DNA of 64,000 bases from Gammaproteobacteria bacterium (lineage in GTDB: Bacteria; Pseudomonadota; Gammaproteobacteria; Eutrophobiales; Eutrophobiaceae), in assembly GCA_965116495.1 (NCBI GenBank), contig OZ220696.1, positions 3,776,001-3,840,000 on the forward strand, in the 5' to 3' direction. The notes under the pieces were generated by a model. The model saw only the letters and a program-made list of their open reading frames with translations. It had not been told where the DNA came from and made no database searches. This document shows, in pieces, positions 10,614-20,500 of the stretch. Position 1 is the first letter of the stretch, and the number at the start of each line of letters is the position of its first letter. The position numbers and the translations under genes were made by a program.

Positions 10614-10847
10614 ATGACCGAGAGCGTCGCAAAAAAGCTGACAAAACCCGGTAGATACGCGGCCGATACGACCCTGTATCTGAAGGTGAGTCCAAGCGGG
10701 GCGAAGTCCTGGGTACAACGTATCATGATTGTCGGTAAACGGCGCGATATTGGTCTTGGCGGGTTTCCGGTAGTGCGCGTGAACGATGCAAAGATGCAGG
10801 CACTTAAAAACCGGCGACTGGTGAACAACGGTGGCGATCCACTGGCC
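10614..10847 (+). pseudogene. N-terminal Arm DNA-binding domain of a P4-type tyrosine integrase; catalytic domain missing
   Basis: KPGRY....LYLKVSPSGAKSW.......GKRRDIGLGGFP.V....A......R.....GGDP, then switches in frame into IstB sequence. Confidence 0.8.
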
Positions 10848-11168
10848 AAATTCACCGCTGAGCAGCTCTGCAACCTGCTGGAAATCCTGTCGGACCGGCA
10901 CGGCCTTCGCTCAATACTCGTCAGCAGACAATTACCCGCCCAACAATGGCACAAGTATCAGCGACCCCATCCTTGTCGATGCCATCCTCGACCGCCTGGT
11001 GCATACCGCCTACAAAATTGACCTCAAGGGATTATCCATACGCAAACGCAAAGACGGTTTGGCGCACATTACCCCAATAGAGTCATAATTACCCAAACCC
11101 GCGTCACGACGCGTACAGGGGTGGCAGTATTCACGTGAAATGGGTGGCAGCATTTAGTGAAATACGCA
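10842..11168 (+). mobile_element. istB: IS21-family remnant: frameshifted 3' part of istB plus right end
   Basis: LLEILSDRHGLRSILVSRQLP..QWH then, after a frameshift, ISDPILVDAILDRLVHTAYKIDLKG.S.RK. Two tandem ~22-bp repeats GGGTGGCAG...GTGAAAT (11119-11141, 11142-11163) ending in ...ACGCA. Confidence 0.8.
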
Positions 11169-11294
11169 GTGAGTTTTTCAGAATAACAATACCATCGTGT
11201 TAGAATTGGAAAATCCAAGCGCATAACTGAACCACTTTTTTACAAGTTGAGTAAATGCAATGACTATCACCGAAATATCAAAAATGAGTAAACT

Positions 11295-11570
11295 GGAGCG
11301 CCCATCCTGAAACCGGTGCTTGATACCTATTTGCGTGACGTGGTAAAGAAAAAGGCCCGGGTGATCAGGAATTGGATCAAACGCGGGGAGATGGCCGATA
11401 TCGACCCCTATCACCTGATCATGATGATCTGGGCGGTAACCCAGCACTACGCGGACTTCGCCGTCCAGGTTAACGCCGTGCTGGGGAAAAACCTGGACGA
11501 GCAACGCTTTTGTAACCAGACCCGGAAAAACATTAAGCGGATTATTATGAAGGGGATACTCAGGAATTGA
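11295..11570 (+). pseudogene. C-terminal fragment of a RutR/TetR-family regulator (no HTH)
   Basis: GAP.L...L...V..K..VI..WI..G.MA.IDP.HL..MIWA.TQHYADFA.QV; N-terminal HTH absent. Confidence 0.75.
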
Positions 11571-11591
11571 GAATTACGAATTGGGAATTAT
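11564..11591 (+). repeat. Heptamer tandem repeat (GAATTRN)x4
   Basis: GAATTGA GAATTAC GAATTGG GAATTAT. Confidence 0.8.
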
Positions 11592-11611
11592 ACGTAACGC
11601 CACAAATCGCT

Positions 11612-11653
11612 CCCCGTTCGTCATTCCAGCACAGGCGGGAATGACGAGCGGGG
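11612..11653. repeat. REP-like palindrome (GTCATTCC...GGAATGAC type)
   Basis: CCCCGTTCGTCATTCC / GGAATGACGAGCGGGG arms, 15/16 complementary. Confidence 0.7.
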
Positions 11654-11671
11654 TTCTGGTCTGGTCGGCTG

Positions 11672-11980
11672 ATGAATAAATTCAGAATTACCGTCGCCAG
11701 CTTCCTGGCTTATTTCGTTATGTCCGCGGTGATCTCGCCGTTGGGCATCGTCAGCGGACCGATCGCCGGGATGATCAGTTTCCTGATATTCAATTCGGCC
11801 CTGGGCACTGCGGTAGCGCCGGCCCTCAGCGCCGTTATCGTGGAAAAATACGACATGATTGCCGCGTTACGGTTCACGAGCATATGTTACTGCGTGATGA
11901 TTGTACTGCTGTTCGCCGCGCACCTGTTGCGAAGACGGACGGCCGCATCGGGAGACATGGTGAATGAACCTGCATTTTGA
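11672..11980 (+). pseudogene. MFS transporter (TsgA-like) with a large in-frame internal deletion
   Basis: Only 102 aa: an MFS first helix (RITVASFLAYFVMSAVISPLGIVSGPIA) is joined directly to the last two helices (ISFLIFNSALGTAVAPALSAVIVEKY...). Confidence 0.65.
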
Positions 11981-13187
11981 ACCCTATTCAGCAGAATTCG
12001 CCCGGGACCCTTACCCGGTCTATACGCGCCTGCGTCAGGAATGCCCCGTGTATTATCATGAAAGCTGGGATGCTTGGCTGTTCTCCAGGTACGAGGATAT
12101 AAAAACGCTTGTGCTGGACGAACGCCTTGGCAGGACCATGGATCACGTTATGTCTCCTGAGGAGGTCGCGGCAGACCGCGCAAGCAGGGACTGGGATGCG
12201 GCGCCCAACCACAGCCGCTACGTAAAGGTGTCGATTATCGACAGTGAGGGGGAACTGCATGACCGTTTAAGGAAGGCGGTGTTCAGGCTGTTCACGCCGG
12301 CGCGTGTCAGCGACTTGCGGGGCTTTATCCAGAGGTTGATAGACCGTCAAATCGACGCCCTGGGATTGGTCGGCGATTTTGATTTCATCGAAGACCTGGT
12401 GGCGCCGGTGCCGGGGTTCGTGATCGGGGAAATGCTGGGAGTGCCTGCGCGCGAGCGGCCGCGGTTACGCACCTGGTCGGAGAACATCGTGCAGTTCTTC
12501 GAGCCGGAACGCACCGTTGCGCACCGGGAACTGGCCGAGCAGGCCACGACGGAGTTTGCCGCCTACCTGGAGGCCCTGGTCGCGCAGCGCCGGGAGCGGC
12601 CGGGTTGCGACCTGCTCTCGGAGATGATCGCCTGGCGCGATGGTGGCGTCCGCCTCAGTCACGATGAACTGTTGTCAACCGCCATGACCATTCTCATGGC
12701 GGGACATGGTTCCACCATCGACGCCGCTAGCAACGGTATGCTGGCTCTGCTTCGGCACCCGGAACAGGTGGCCGCGCTGCAAGCCGACCCGGGGTTGATG
12801 CCTACCGCGGTGCAGGAAATGTTCCGTTATGATGCCCCGTTGCCATATTTTCACCGTTATGCTTTGGACGATATGGAATACCGGGGCCGTTCCTTTGCAA
12901 AAGGCGCGAAGTTCGGTTTCCTGTATGCCTCAGCCAATCGTGATGAGGCCTGGTTCGCTGCGCCGGATACTTTTGACATACACCGGGAACCGAACCGGCA
13001 CCTGGCCTTCGGCGGCGGCGTGCACCACTGCCTGGGCAGCCACCTGGCGCGGTTGAACATGGAGATTATGTTCAATACCGTACTGCGGCGCCTGCCGGGT
13101 TTGAGCCTGGCTGTTGCCGAGGATGATTTGCAATGGAAGCCCGGTATCCAGAGTCGCGGATTGGCGCGTTTGCCGGTGGTGGTTTAA
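11964..13187 (+). CDS. Cytochrome P450
   Basis: DPYP.Y..LR, H.RLRK, EMFR (ExxR), SANRD, HLAFGGGVHHCLG heme ligand. Confidence 0.95.
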   Translation: MNLHFEPYSAEFARDPYPVYTRLRQECPVYYHESWDAWLFSRYEDIKTLVLDERLGRTMDHVMSPEEVAADRASRDWDAAPNHSRYVKVSIIDSEGELHDRLRKAVFRLFTPARVSDLRGFIQRLIDRQIDALGLVGDFDFIEDLVAPVPGFVIGEMLGVPARERPRLRTWSENIVQFFEPERTVAHRELAEQATTEFAAYLEALVAQRRERPGCDLLSEMIAWRDGGVRLSHDELLSTAMTILMAGHGSTIDAASNGMLALLRHPEQVAALQADPGLMPTAVQEMFRYDAPLPYFHRYALDDMEYRGRSFAKGAKFGFLYASANRDEAWFAAPDTFDIHREPNRHLAFGGGVHHCLGSHLARLNMEIMFNTVLRRLPGLSLAVAEDDLQWKPGIQSRGLARLPVVV

Positions 13188-13427
13188 ACAGAGCCTTGGA
13201 TATGTGGGGGATATGAGCAATAATCACTCATTAACTCGTTGTTTTATATGATAGTTTACAAAATACGATCTGTAATTTTCACACAATCCGTCCCACAGAT
13301 ATTGCAGGAAGTTTAAGCACTATTTCCGCTGTTATAAATCGGTTATACGTGCGGTGTCATTTTCCCGATTTTGCTCAAAACACTCCAGCTCAGGGGCAGT
13401 TATCGGCCCAAATGATACGCACAGGGT

Positions 13428-13628
13428 ATGGGTACAGCACTTTGCAAGGCCTTGCGGGAGGCAGGGGTATCGGATGAAATTGCCACCGCCGCGGCCGATG
13501 ACGCCGGGCAGACTGAGCGCCTGCAACGCGTGGAAGAGAGATTGACTCGTGTCGAGGTCACCTTGCGGGTATTGGTTGGTTTGGCGGTAGCTATCCTGGT
13601 CTTGCAATTACAACCGTTCCTTTCCTGA
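13428..13628 (+). CDS. Small coiled-coil protein with C-terminal TM anchor (DUF1640/CCDC90-like)
   Basis: L.KALREAGVSDE.A.AAA head, heptad stalk, hydrophobic C-terminus; clear paralogue at 31682-31900. Confidence 0.65.
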   Translation: MGTALCKALREAGVSDEIATAAADDAGQTERLQRVEERLTRVEVTLRVLVGLAVAILVLQLQPFLS

Positions 13629-13849
13629 TCACCGGCGGATGCAGGGCTTCACCCAGGCAGAGAGTACTATAGCAATCAGGAGCCGGTACTTTCTCTTACA
13701 TTGTGCTCAGAATCCTGAACCCGCATACTGATCCCGATATTTAGCAAATGGCACGCGGCGGTATGGTTGACATATTCTATATCATGCCAGATTTTTACTG
13801 TGGTTGTTATTGTGGGAACACCGCATAAAGACTATAAAAAATCATTAAT

Positions 13850-13862
13850 AATCAGTAAGTTA
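13850..13862 (+). promoter_or_regulatory. IHF-binding-site match beside the tRNA 3' end
   Basis: AATCAGTAAGTTA fits WATCARNNNNTTR in A-rich context. Confidence 0.4.
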
Positions 13863-13871
13863 TAAAAAAAA

Positions 13872-13947
13872 TGGCTCCCCGGGACGGGCTCGAACCGCCG
13901 ACCTAGTGATTAACAGTCACCCGCTCTACCGACTGAGCTACCGGGGA
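13872..13947 (-). tRNA. tRNA-Asn (GTT)
   Basis: TCCCCGG acceptor, GGTGA-CTGTTAA-TCACT anticodon arm, GGTTCGAG T loop, CCA end. Confidence 0.97.
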
Positions 13948-13968
13948 ATTGTGGTTGGAATAATCCTG

Positions 13969-14184
13969 TTACGCCATGGCATGCCATATCAGGCCCAGAG
14001 TCATCGCCATGTTTACGCCCACCATCCATTTGAGCACATGGATGTCTGCTTTAATTTCAGTTATATCAGCTTTAGTGGCGACCTGACCCTGACCCAATAT
14101 CGACATTGCTGCTTTCCGGGCTTTAGTTTCCGGGACATTTACACTTATAAGCGCATCGTATAGTTCCATGTTCATCATGCTCAT
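13969..14184 (-). CDS. Small DUF1640/CCDC90-like coiled-coil membrane-anchored protein
   Basis: ELYDALISVNVPETKARKAA head, VATKADI neck, LKWMVG+TM tail; GAGGAG RBS before ATG at 14184. Confidence 0.75.
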   Translation of the reverse strand: MSMMNMELYDALISVNVPETKARKAAMSILGQGQVATKADITEIKADIHVLKWMVGVNMAMTLGLIWHAMA

Positions 14185-14264
14185 GATGTCTCTCCTCAAT
14201 TTCCATGTGTTACGTATTCCTGATTGCTTCCTGGTTAACTCGCAAGCGGATTATACACATAATA

Positions 14265-15449
14265 TCAGCCCAGCGCATCCGTCAACCGTTGCATCGCCGC
14301 CTCCAGGTTTTCCATGCTGGTGGCGTAGGACAGGCGCATATAGCCTTTTGCCCCGAAGGCCGATCCAGGCACCAGGGCGACCTCGGCCCGTTCCAGCAGG
14401 TATTCGCCCAGTTCAATGTCGTTTTTGATGCCATCCAGTTTGTGGATGACACCCTGCATATTGGGGAAGCTGTAAAAAGTGCCGTCGGATGCAGTACAGT
14501 CAACTCCGTCAATGCCGTTCAGACCCGCAAGGACGAAATCATGGCGTTGTTTGAAGATCGCGGTGCTCTCGCGGATATAGGTCTGGTCGCCGTTCAACGC
14601 GGCCATGGCCGCGTACTGGGAGACGGAGGAAGGGTTGGAGGTGCTTTGTGACTGGATCTTTTGCGCCGCCTTGACCAGGGATAACGGACCGCCCAGGTAG
14701 CCGATGCGCCAGCCGGTCATGGAGTAAGCCTTGGATACTCCGTTGACCACCACCGTCCTGCCGGCAAGTTCCGGGCAGACATTGACGATATTCCTGAAGC
14801 CCTCCTGCCCCCAGAGGATGTGTTCATAAATATCGTCCGTCAGAACGGTAATTTCCGGATGTTCCAGCAGTAACGCTGCGATATCCGACAATTCCGTGTC
14901 GGAATAACTGACCCCGGTCGGGTTGGACGGGCTGTTGATCACGAGCAGGCGTGTTTTGTCGGTGATGAACCTGCCCAGTTGTTTTTGGGTAATTTTGAAA
15001 CGATGTTCAATTCCTGTCGGTATTACCACCGGCTCCGCTCCGGCCAGCTTCGCTATGTCCGGATAGGAGACCCAGTAGGGCGCCGGGATAATCACTTCAT
15101 CACCGGGGTTGAGCAAGGCCTGCATGATGTTGTAGATGCTGTGTTTTGCGCCGCAGGAGACGAGGATCTGTACCGGATCGTATTCAAGGTCATTTTCACG
15201 CCGGAACTTGTCGGCAACGGCCTGTTTTAGTTCGGGCATACCGCCTGCCGCGGTGTATTTTGTCTTGCCGTCGCGGATAGCCCTGGTTGCGGCCTCCTTG
15301 ATATGCTCAGGTGTGTCGAAATCGGGTTCGCCCGCGCTCAAGGCAATGATATCGCGGCCTGCTGTTCTTAATTCCGCAGCTTTGGCAGTGACGGCGAGGG
15401 TAGGGGAGGGTCTGACGCTCGCGGCGCGGTTTGCCACTCTGATATCCAA
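14265..15449 (-). CDS. aspC: Aspartate aminotransferase (class I/II PLP)
   Basis: AGEPDFDTP, NSPSNPTG, DDIYE, SKAYSMTGWRIG; TTG start with GAGGAG RBS. Confidence 0.9.
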   Translation of the reverse strand: MDIRVANRAASVRPSPTLAVTAKAAELRTAGRDIIALSAGEPDFDTPEHIKEAATRAIRDGKTKYTAAGGMPELKQAVADKFRRENDLEYDPVQILVSCGAKHSIYNIMQALLNPGDEVIIPAPYWVSYPDIAKLAGAEPVVIPTGIEHRFKITQKQLGRFITDKTRLLVINSPSNPTGVSYSDTELSDIAALLLEHPEITVLTDDIYEHILWGQEGFRNIVNVCPELAGRTVVVNGVSKAYSMTGWRIGYLGGPLSLVKAAQKIQSQSTSNPSSVSQYAAMAALNGDQTYIRESTAIFKQRHDFVLAGLNGIDGVDCTASDGTFYSFPNMQGVIHKLDGIKNDIELGEYLLERAEVALVPGSAFGAKGYMRLSYATSMENLEAAMQRLTDALG

Positions 15450-15505
15450 GCTAGGCTCCTCTTAGAGACGACTATTCGTGTATTATAATGCGGTTCATTC
15501 CGGCA

Positions 15506-17530
15506 ATGGCAAAAAAATTCAAATTACAGGCTGATTTTTCTCCTGCGGGCGATCAACCCGAGGCCATCGCACAATTATACCATTCGATCCAGAGCGGGAT
15601 CGCGCAACAGACGCTGCTGGGTGTGACAGGTTCCGGCAAGACCTTTACCATCGCCAACCTGGTCGAGAAATTGCAGCGCCCCACACTGGTCCTGGCGCCT
15701 AACAAGACCCTGGCCGCGCAGTTGTACGGAGAGATGCGGGAGTTCTTCCCGGACAATGCCGTGGAATACTTTGTTTCTTATTACGATTATTACCAGCCGG
15801 AAGCCTATGTCCCTTCCACCGATACCTATATCGAAAAAGACGCATCCATCAACGAGCATATAGAACAGATGCGCCTGTCCGCCACCAAGGCCCTGCTGGA
15901 GCGACCGGATACCATTATCGTTGCCACCGTTTCAGCCATTTACGGTCTGGGCGACCCCCAGGCCTACCTGAAAATGGTGTTGCACCTTGACCGGGGTGAG
16001 CGAATGGAGCAACGTTTTTTGCTGCGCCGTCTGGCCGAGATGCAATATACCCGCAACGAGGTGGAACTGCATCGCGCCACTTACCGGGTCCGGGGCGATA
16101 TTATCGATGTCTATCCGGCTGAATCCGAGCGCGAGGGAATACGGGTCGAGTTGTTTGATGACGAGATCGAATCCATATCAATCTTTGATCCGCTGACCGG
16201 GGAGATATACAGGCAGGTCCCGCGCATCACCATACACCCCAAGACCCATTACGTCACCGAACGCCAGATTATTCTGGACGCCATTGAAGTCATCAGGGAG
16301 GAACTGGCCGAACGTCTGGAGCAGTTTCGCCGGGAGAATAAGCTGGTCGAATTACAGCGCCTTGAGCAACGCACCCGGTTTGACCTGGAAATGATGATGG
16401 AAATCGGTTATTGCACCGGGATTGAAAACTACTCCCGCCACCTGTCTGGCAGGCGGCCCGGAGAACCGCCGCCGACCCTGTTTGATTACCTGCCCCATAA
16501 TGCCTTGCTGGTGGTGGATGAAAGTCACGTGACCATACCCCAGTTGGGCGCAATGTACCGCGGCGATCGCTCACGCAAGGAAAATCTGGTGGAATACGGT
16601 TTTCGCCTGCCCTGTGCCCTGGACAACCGGCCGTTGCGCTTCGATGAGTTTGAACACCTCTCGCCGCAAATGGTGTTTGTGTCGGCGACGCCGGGTCCGT
16701 ATGAGCATGACCGGTCGGATGAGATTATTGAACAGCTCGTGCGGCCCACGGGCCTGGTTGACCCGGATGTGGACGTACGTCCGGTTGCAACCCAGGTGGA
16801 CGACCTGTTATCGGAAATCCGATTGCGCGAGCAGCGCAATGAGCGGGTGCTGGTTACCACCCTGACCAAGCGTATGGCGGAGGACCTGACCGACTACCTG
16901 GCCGAACATGGCGTCAAGGTGCGCTACCTGCACTCCGACATAGATACGGTGGAGCGGGTCGAGATCATCCGGGACCTGCGCCTGGGAGTTTTTGACGTGC
17001 TGGTCGGGATTAACCTGTTGCGGGAGGGGCTGGACATGCCGGAGGTGTCGCTGGTAGCCATACTGGATGCCGATAAGGAAGGTTTTTTGCGTTCGGAGAC
17101 GACCTTGATCCAGACCGTAGGTCGCGCCGCCCGCAATATCAACGGCAGGGCAATTATGTACGCCGACACGGTGACAGGTTCCATCGAGCGGGCTATCCGG
17201 GAGACCGATCGGCGCCGTGACAGACAACGGCGATTTAACCAGGCCCACGGTATTACCCCGCAGGGTATACGCAAGGCGGTCACCGACATACTGGAAGGGG
17301 CCTATAGCGATCAACGCGGCAGGACGAAGCGCTATGCAAAAGTGGCAGAGCAGAAATCCGCTTACATGGAGCTTCCTCCCAACCTGTTGATAAAAAAAAT
17401 CCGCCAGCTGGAAGAGCAGATGTATCAACATGCCCGCGACCTGGAATTCGAGCGGGCAGCCGAGATACGCGACGAGATCGCGCGCATCAAGGAATTCAGC
17501 CTGGAAATCCACGAGCAGAGCGCCGGTTGA
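15506..17530 (+). CDS. uvrB: Excinuclease ABC subunit B
   Basis: [18 protein letters not shown] beta-hairpin, DESH, C-terminal UVR domain. Confidence 0.98.
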   Translation: MAKKFKLQADFSPAGDQPEAIAQLYHSIQSGIAQQTLLGVTGSGKTFTIANLVEKLQRPTLVLAPNKTLAAQLYGEMREFFPDNAVEYFVSYYDYYQPEAYVPSTDTYIEKDASINEHIEQMRLSATKALLERPDTIIVATVSAIYGLGDPQAYLKMVLHLDRGERMEQRFLLRRLAEMQYTRNEVELHRATYRVRGDIIDVYPAESEREGIRVELFDDEIESISIFDPLTGEIYRQVPRITIHPKTHYVTERQIILDAIEVIREELAERLEQFRRENKLVELQRLEQRTRFDLEMMMEIGYCTGIENYSRHLSGRRPGEPPPTLFDYLPHNALLVVDESHVTIPQLGAMYRGDRSRKENLVEYGFRLPCALDNRPLRFDEFEHLSPQMVFVSATPGPYEHDRSDEIIEQLVRPTGLVDPDVDVRPVATQVDDLLSEIRLREQRNERVLVTTLTKRMAEDLTDYLAEHGVKVRYLHSDIDTVERVEIIRDLRLGVFDVLVGINLLREGLDMPEVSLVAILDADKEGFLRSETTLIQTVGRAARNINGRAIMYADTVTGSIERAIRETDRRRDRQRRFNQAHGITPQGIRKAVTDILEGAYSDQRGRTKRYAKVAEQKSAYMELPPNLLIKKIRQLEEQMYQHARDLEFERAAEIRDEIARIKEFSLEIHEQSAG

Positions 17531-17591
17531 GCACTATAAGCCGTCGTTCCCCTTGATCGCTGCCCATAACTGATAGTTCTCAGCATAACCG

Positions 17592-20500
17592 ATGAAACCG
17601 CTTATTTCCGTTACGGATTTATTGATACTGGGCCTTACCCTTGCCGTGGTTGTCATCCTGTTAACCAACAGGGGAGCGGAAGGAGGTTACGACCTGTACG
17701 GCGGTTCGGACGCCGATACGTTGATTGGAGATCCCGGCGATAACCTGATCTGGGGGGGAGCGGGCGCAGATACCATAGACGGGAGTGACGGTATCGACAC
17801 CCTGGACTACGGCGGGTCGAATGCAGGGGTCAGGGTGAGCCTGGCTGCCGGAACGGCTGCCGGTGGTCATGCCGGGGGTGACAGGATAACCAACGTTGAG
17901 AATATCTGGGGGTCTGCTTTTGACGATGTGCTGACGGGTGACAGCGGCATTAATACGTTTATCGGCGGACCTGGAGCCGATACCCTGGCCGGAGGGGGAG
18001 CAGGTGACAGCCTGCTCGGTGGAGAAGGTGCGGACATACTGCGTGGTGAGGCCGGCGATGACACCCTTGCAGGCGGTTCGGGGGCCGACATCATCGACGG
18101 AGGGGATGATCTGGATGCGCTGGATTACAGGGAGTCGGATGCGGGGGTAGAGGCAAACCTGGTCGATAAAACCGTTGCAGGAGGCCACGCCCAGGGTGAT
18201 GTAATAACCGGTATTGAGAATATCTGGGGTTCTGCTTTTGCCGACATCCTGACAGGCGACAGAGGCAGCAATATCCTGGACGGTGATGCGGGAGGTGACA
18301 GGCTGGACGGTGGAGCGAGCGCTGACGTTTTGCGGGGTGGTGCAGGTGATGACAACCTGTCAGGCGGTGGCGGTGATGACACGCTGGCGGGCGAAGCGGG
18401 TGCGGACGTGCTGGACGGTGGTGCGGGCGTTGACATCCTGGATTACAGCGGGTCGCCGGCAGGTGTGGCGGTGGATTTTGCAGCGGGTACGGGCGTCGGC
18501 GGCGATGCGGAGGGGGACGTGATAGCGGGGATGGAGAGTGTGTGGGGTTCGGGTTTTGCCGACCGGGTGTTGGGGAGTGACGGGGCTGATTCGTTTTCGG
18601 GCGATGCGGGGCCGGACGAGTTGGACGGCGGCGCCGGAGATGACCGGTTATGGGGTAATGAGGGAGATGACCGGCTGTGGGGCCGTGGCGGTGATGACAG
18701 TCTGCTGGGTGAGGCGGGGTCGGACGAGTTGGACGGCGGTGCTGGAGATGACGAATTGCTGGGAGGCGAGGGTGATGATGCGTTGCTGGGCGGAGACGGC
18801 GCGGACGTTCTGTTGGGCGGGTTGGGGGTGGACCGTCTGGCGGGAGGCGCCGGCGGCGACGACCTGTCTGGCGGGGCGGGGGATGATGAGTTGGACGGTG
18901 GCGCCGGGGCTGACAAGCTGTATGGCGGGGAAGGTGCTGACCGGCTCTATGGTCAAGACGGTGATGACACGCTGGCGGGCGAAGCGGGTGCGGACGTGCT
19001 GGACGGTGGTGCGGGCGTTGACATCCTGGATTACAGCGGGTCGCCGGCAGGTGTGGCGGTGGATTTTGCGGCGGGTACGGGCGTTGGCGGCGATGCGGAG
19101 GGGGACGTGATAGCGGGGATGGAGAGTGTGTGGGGTTCGGGTTTTGCCGACCGGGTGTTGGGGAGTGACGGGGCTGATTCGTTTTCGGGCGATGCGGGGC
19201 CGGACGAGTTGGACGGCGGCGCCGGAGATGACCGGTTATGGGGTAATGAGGGAGATGACCGGCTGTGGGGCCGTGGCGGTAATGACAGTCTGCTGGGTGA
19301 GGCGGGGTCGGACGAGTTGGACGGCGGTGCTGGAGATGACGAGTTGCGGGGTGGTGCAGGTGATGACAACCTGTCAGGCGGTGGCGGTGATGACACGCTG
19401 GCGGGCGAAGCGGGTGCGGACGTGCTGGACGGTGGTGCGGGCGTTGACATCCTGGATTACAGCGGGTCGCCGGCAGGTGTGGCGGTGGATTTTGCAGCGG
19501 GTACGGGCGTCGGCGGCGATGCGGAGGGGGACGTGATAGCGGGGATGGAGAGTGTGTGGGGTTCGGGTTTTGCCGACCGGGTGTTGGGGAGTGACGGGGC
19601 TGATTCGTTTTCGGGCGATGCGGGGCCGGACGAGTTGGACGGCGGCGCCGGAGATGACCGGTTATGGGGTAATGAGGGAGATGACCGGCTGTGGGGCCGT
19701 GGCGGTAATGACAGTCTGCTGGGTGAGGCGGGGTCGGACGAGTTGGACGGCGGTGCTGGAGATGACGAGTTGCGGGGTGGTGCAGGTGATGACAACCTGT
19801 CAGGCGGTGGCGGTGATGACACGCTGGCGGGCGAAGCGGGTGCGGACGTGCTGGACGGTGGTGCGGGCGTTGACATCCTGGATTACAGCGGGTCGCCGGC
19901 AGGTGTGGCGGTGGATTTTGCGGCGGGTACGGGCGTTGGCGGCGATGCGGAGGGGGACGTGATAGCGGGGATGGAGAGTGTGTGGGGTTCGGGTTTTGCC
20001 GACCGGGTGTTGGGGAGTGACGGGGCTGATTCGTTTTCGGGCGATGCGGGGCCGGACGAGTTGGACGGCGGCGCCGGAGATGACCGGTTATGGGGTAATG
20101 AGGGAGATGACCGGCTGTGGGGCCGTGGCGGTAATGACAGTCTGCTGGGTGAGGCGGGGTCGGACGAGTTGGACGGCGGTGCTGGAGATGACGAGTTGCG
20201 GGGTGGTGCAGGTGATGACAACCTGTCAGGCGGTGGCGGTGATGACACGCTGGCGGGCGAAGCGGGTGCGGACGTGCTGGACGGTGGTGCGGGCGTTGAC
20301 ATCCTGGATTACAGCGGGTCGCCGGCAGGTGTGGCGGTGGATTTTGCAGCGGGTACGGGCGTCGGCGGCGATGCGGAGGGGGACGTGATAGCGGGGATGG
20401 AGAGTGTGTGGGGTTCGGGTTTTGCCGACCGGGTGTTGGGGAGTGACGGGGCTGATTCGTTTTCGGGCGATGCGGGGCCGGACGAGTTGGACGGCGGCGC

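Noticed and set aside
10940-10975. Programmed frameshift in istB
   Set aside because: No slippery run evident and the element is otherwise truncated; simple decay is more likely
13906-14163. ORFs overlapping tRNAs (also 21354-21593, 28965-29156, 29010-29210)
   Set aside because: Translations of tRNA genes or antisense to real genes
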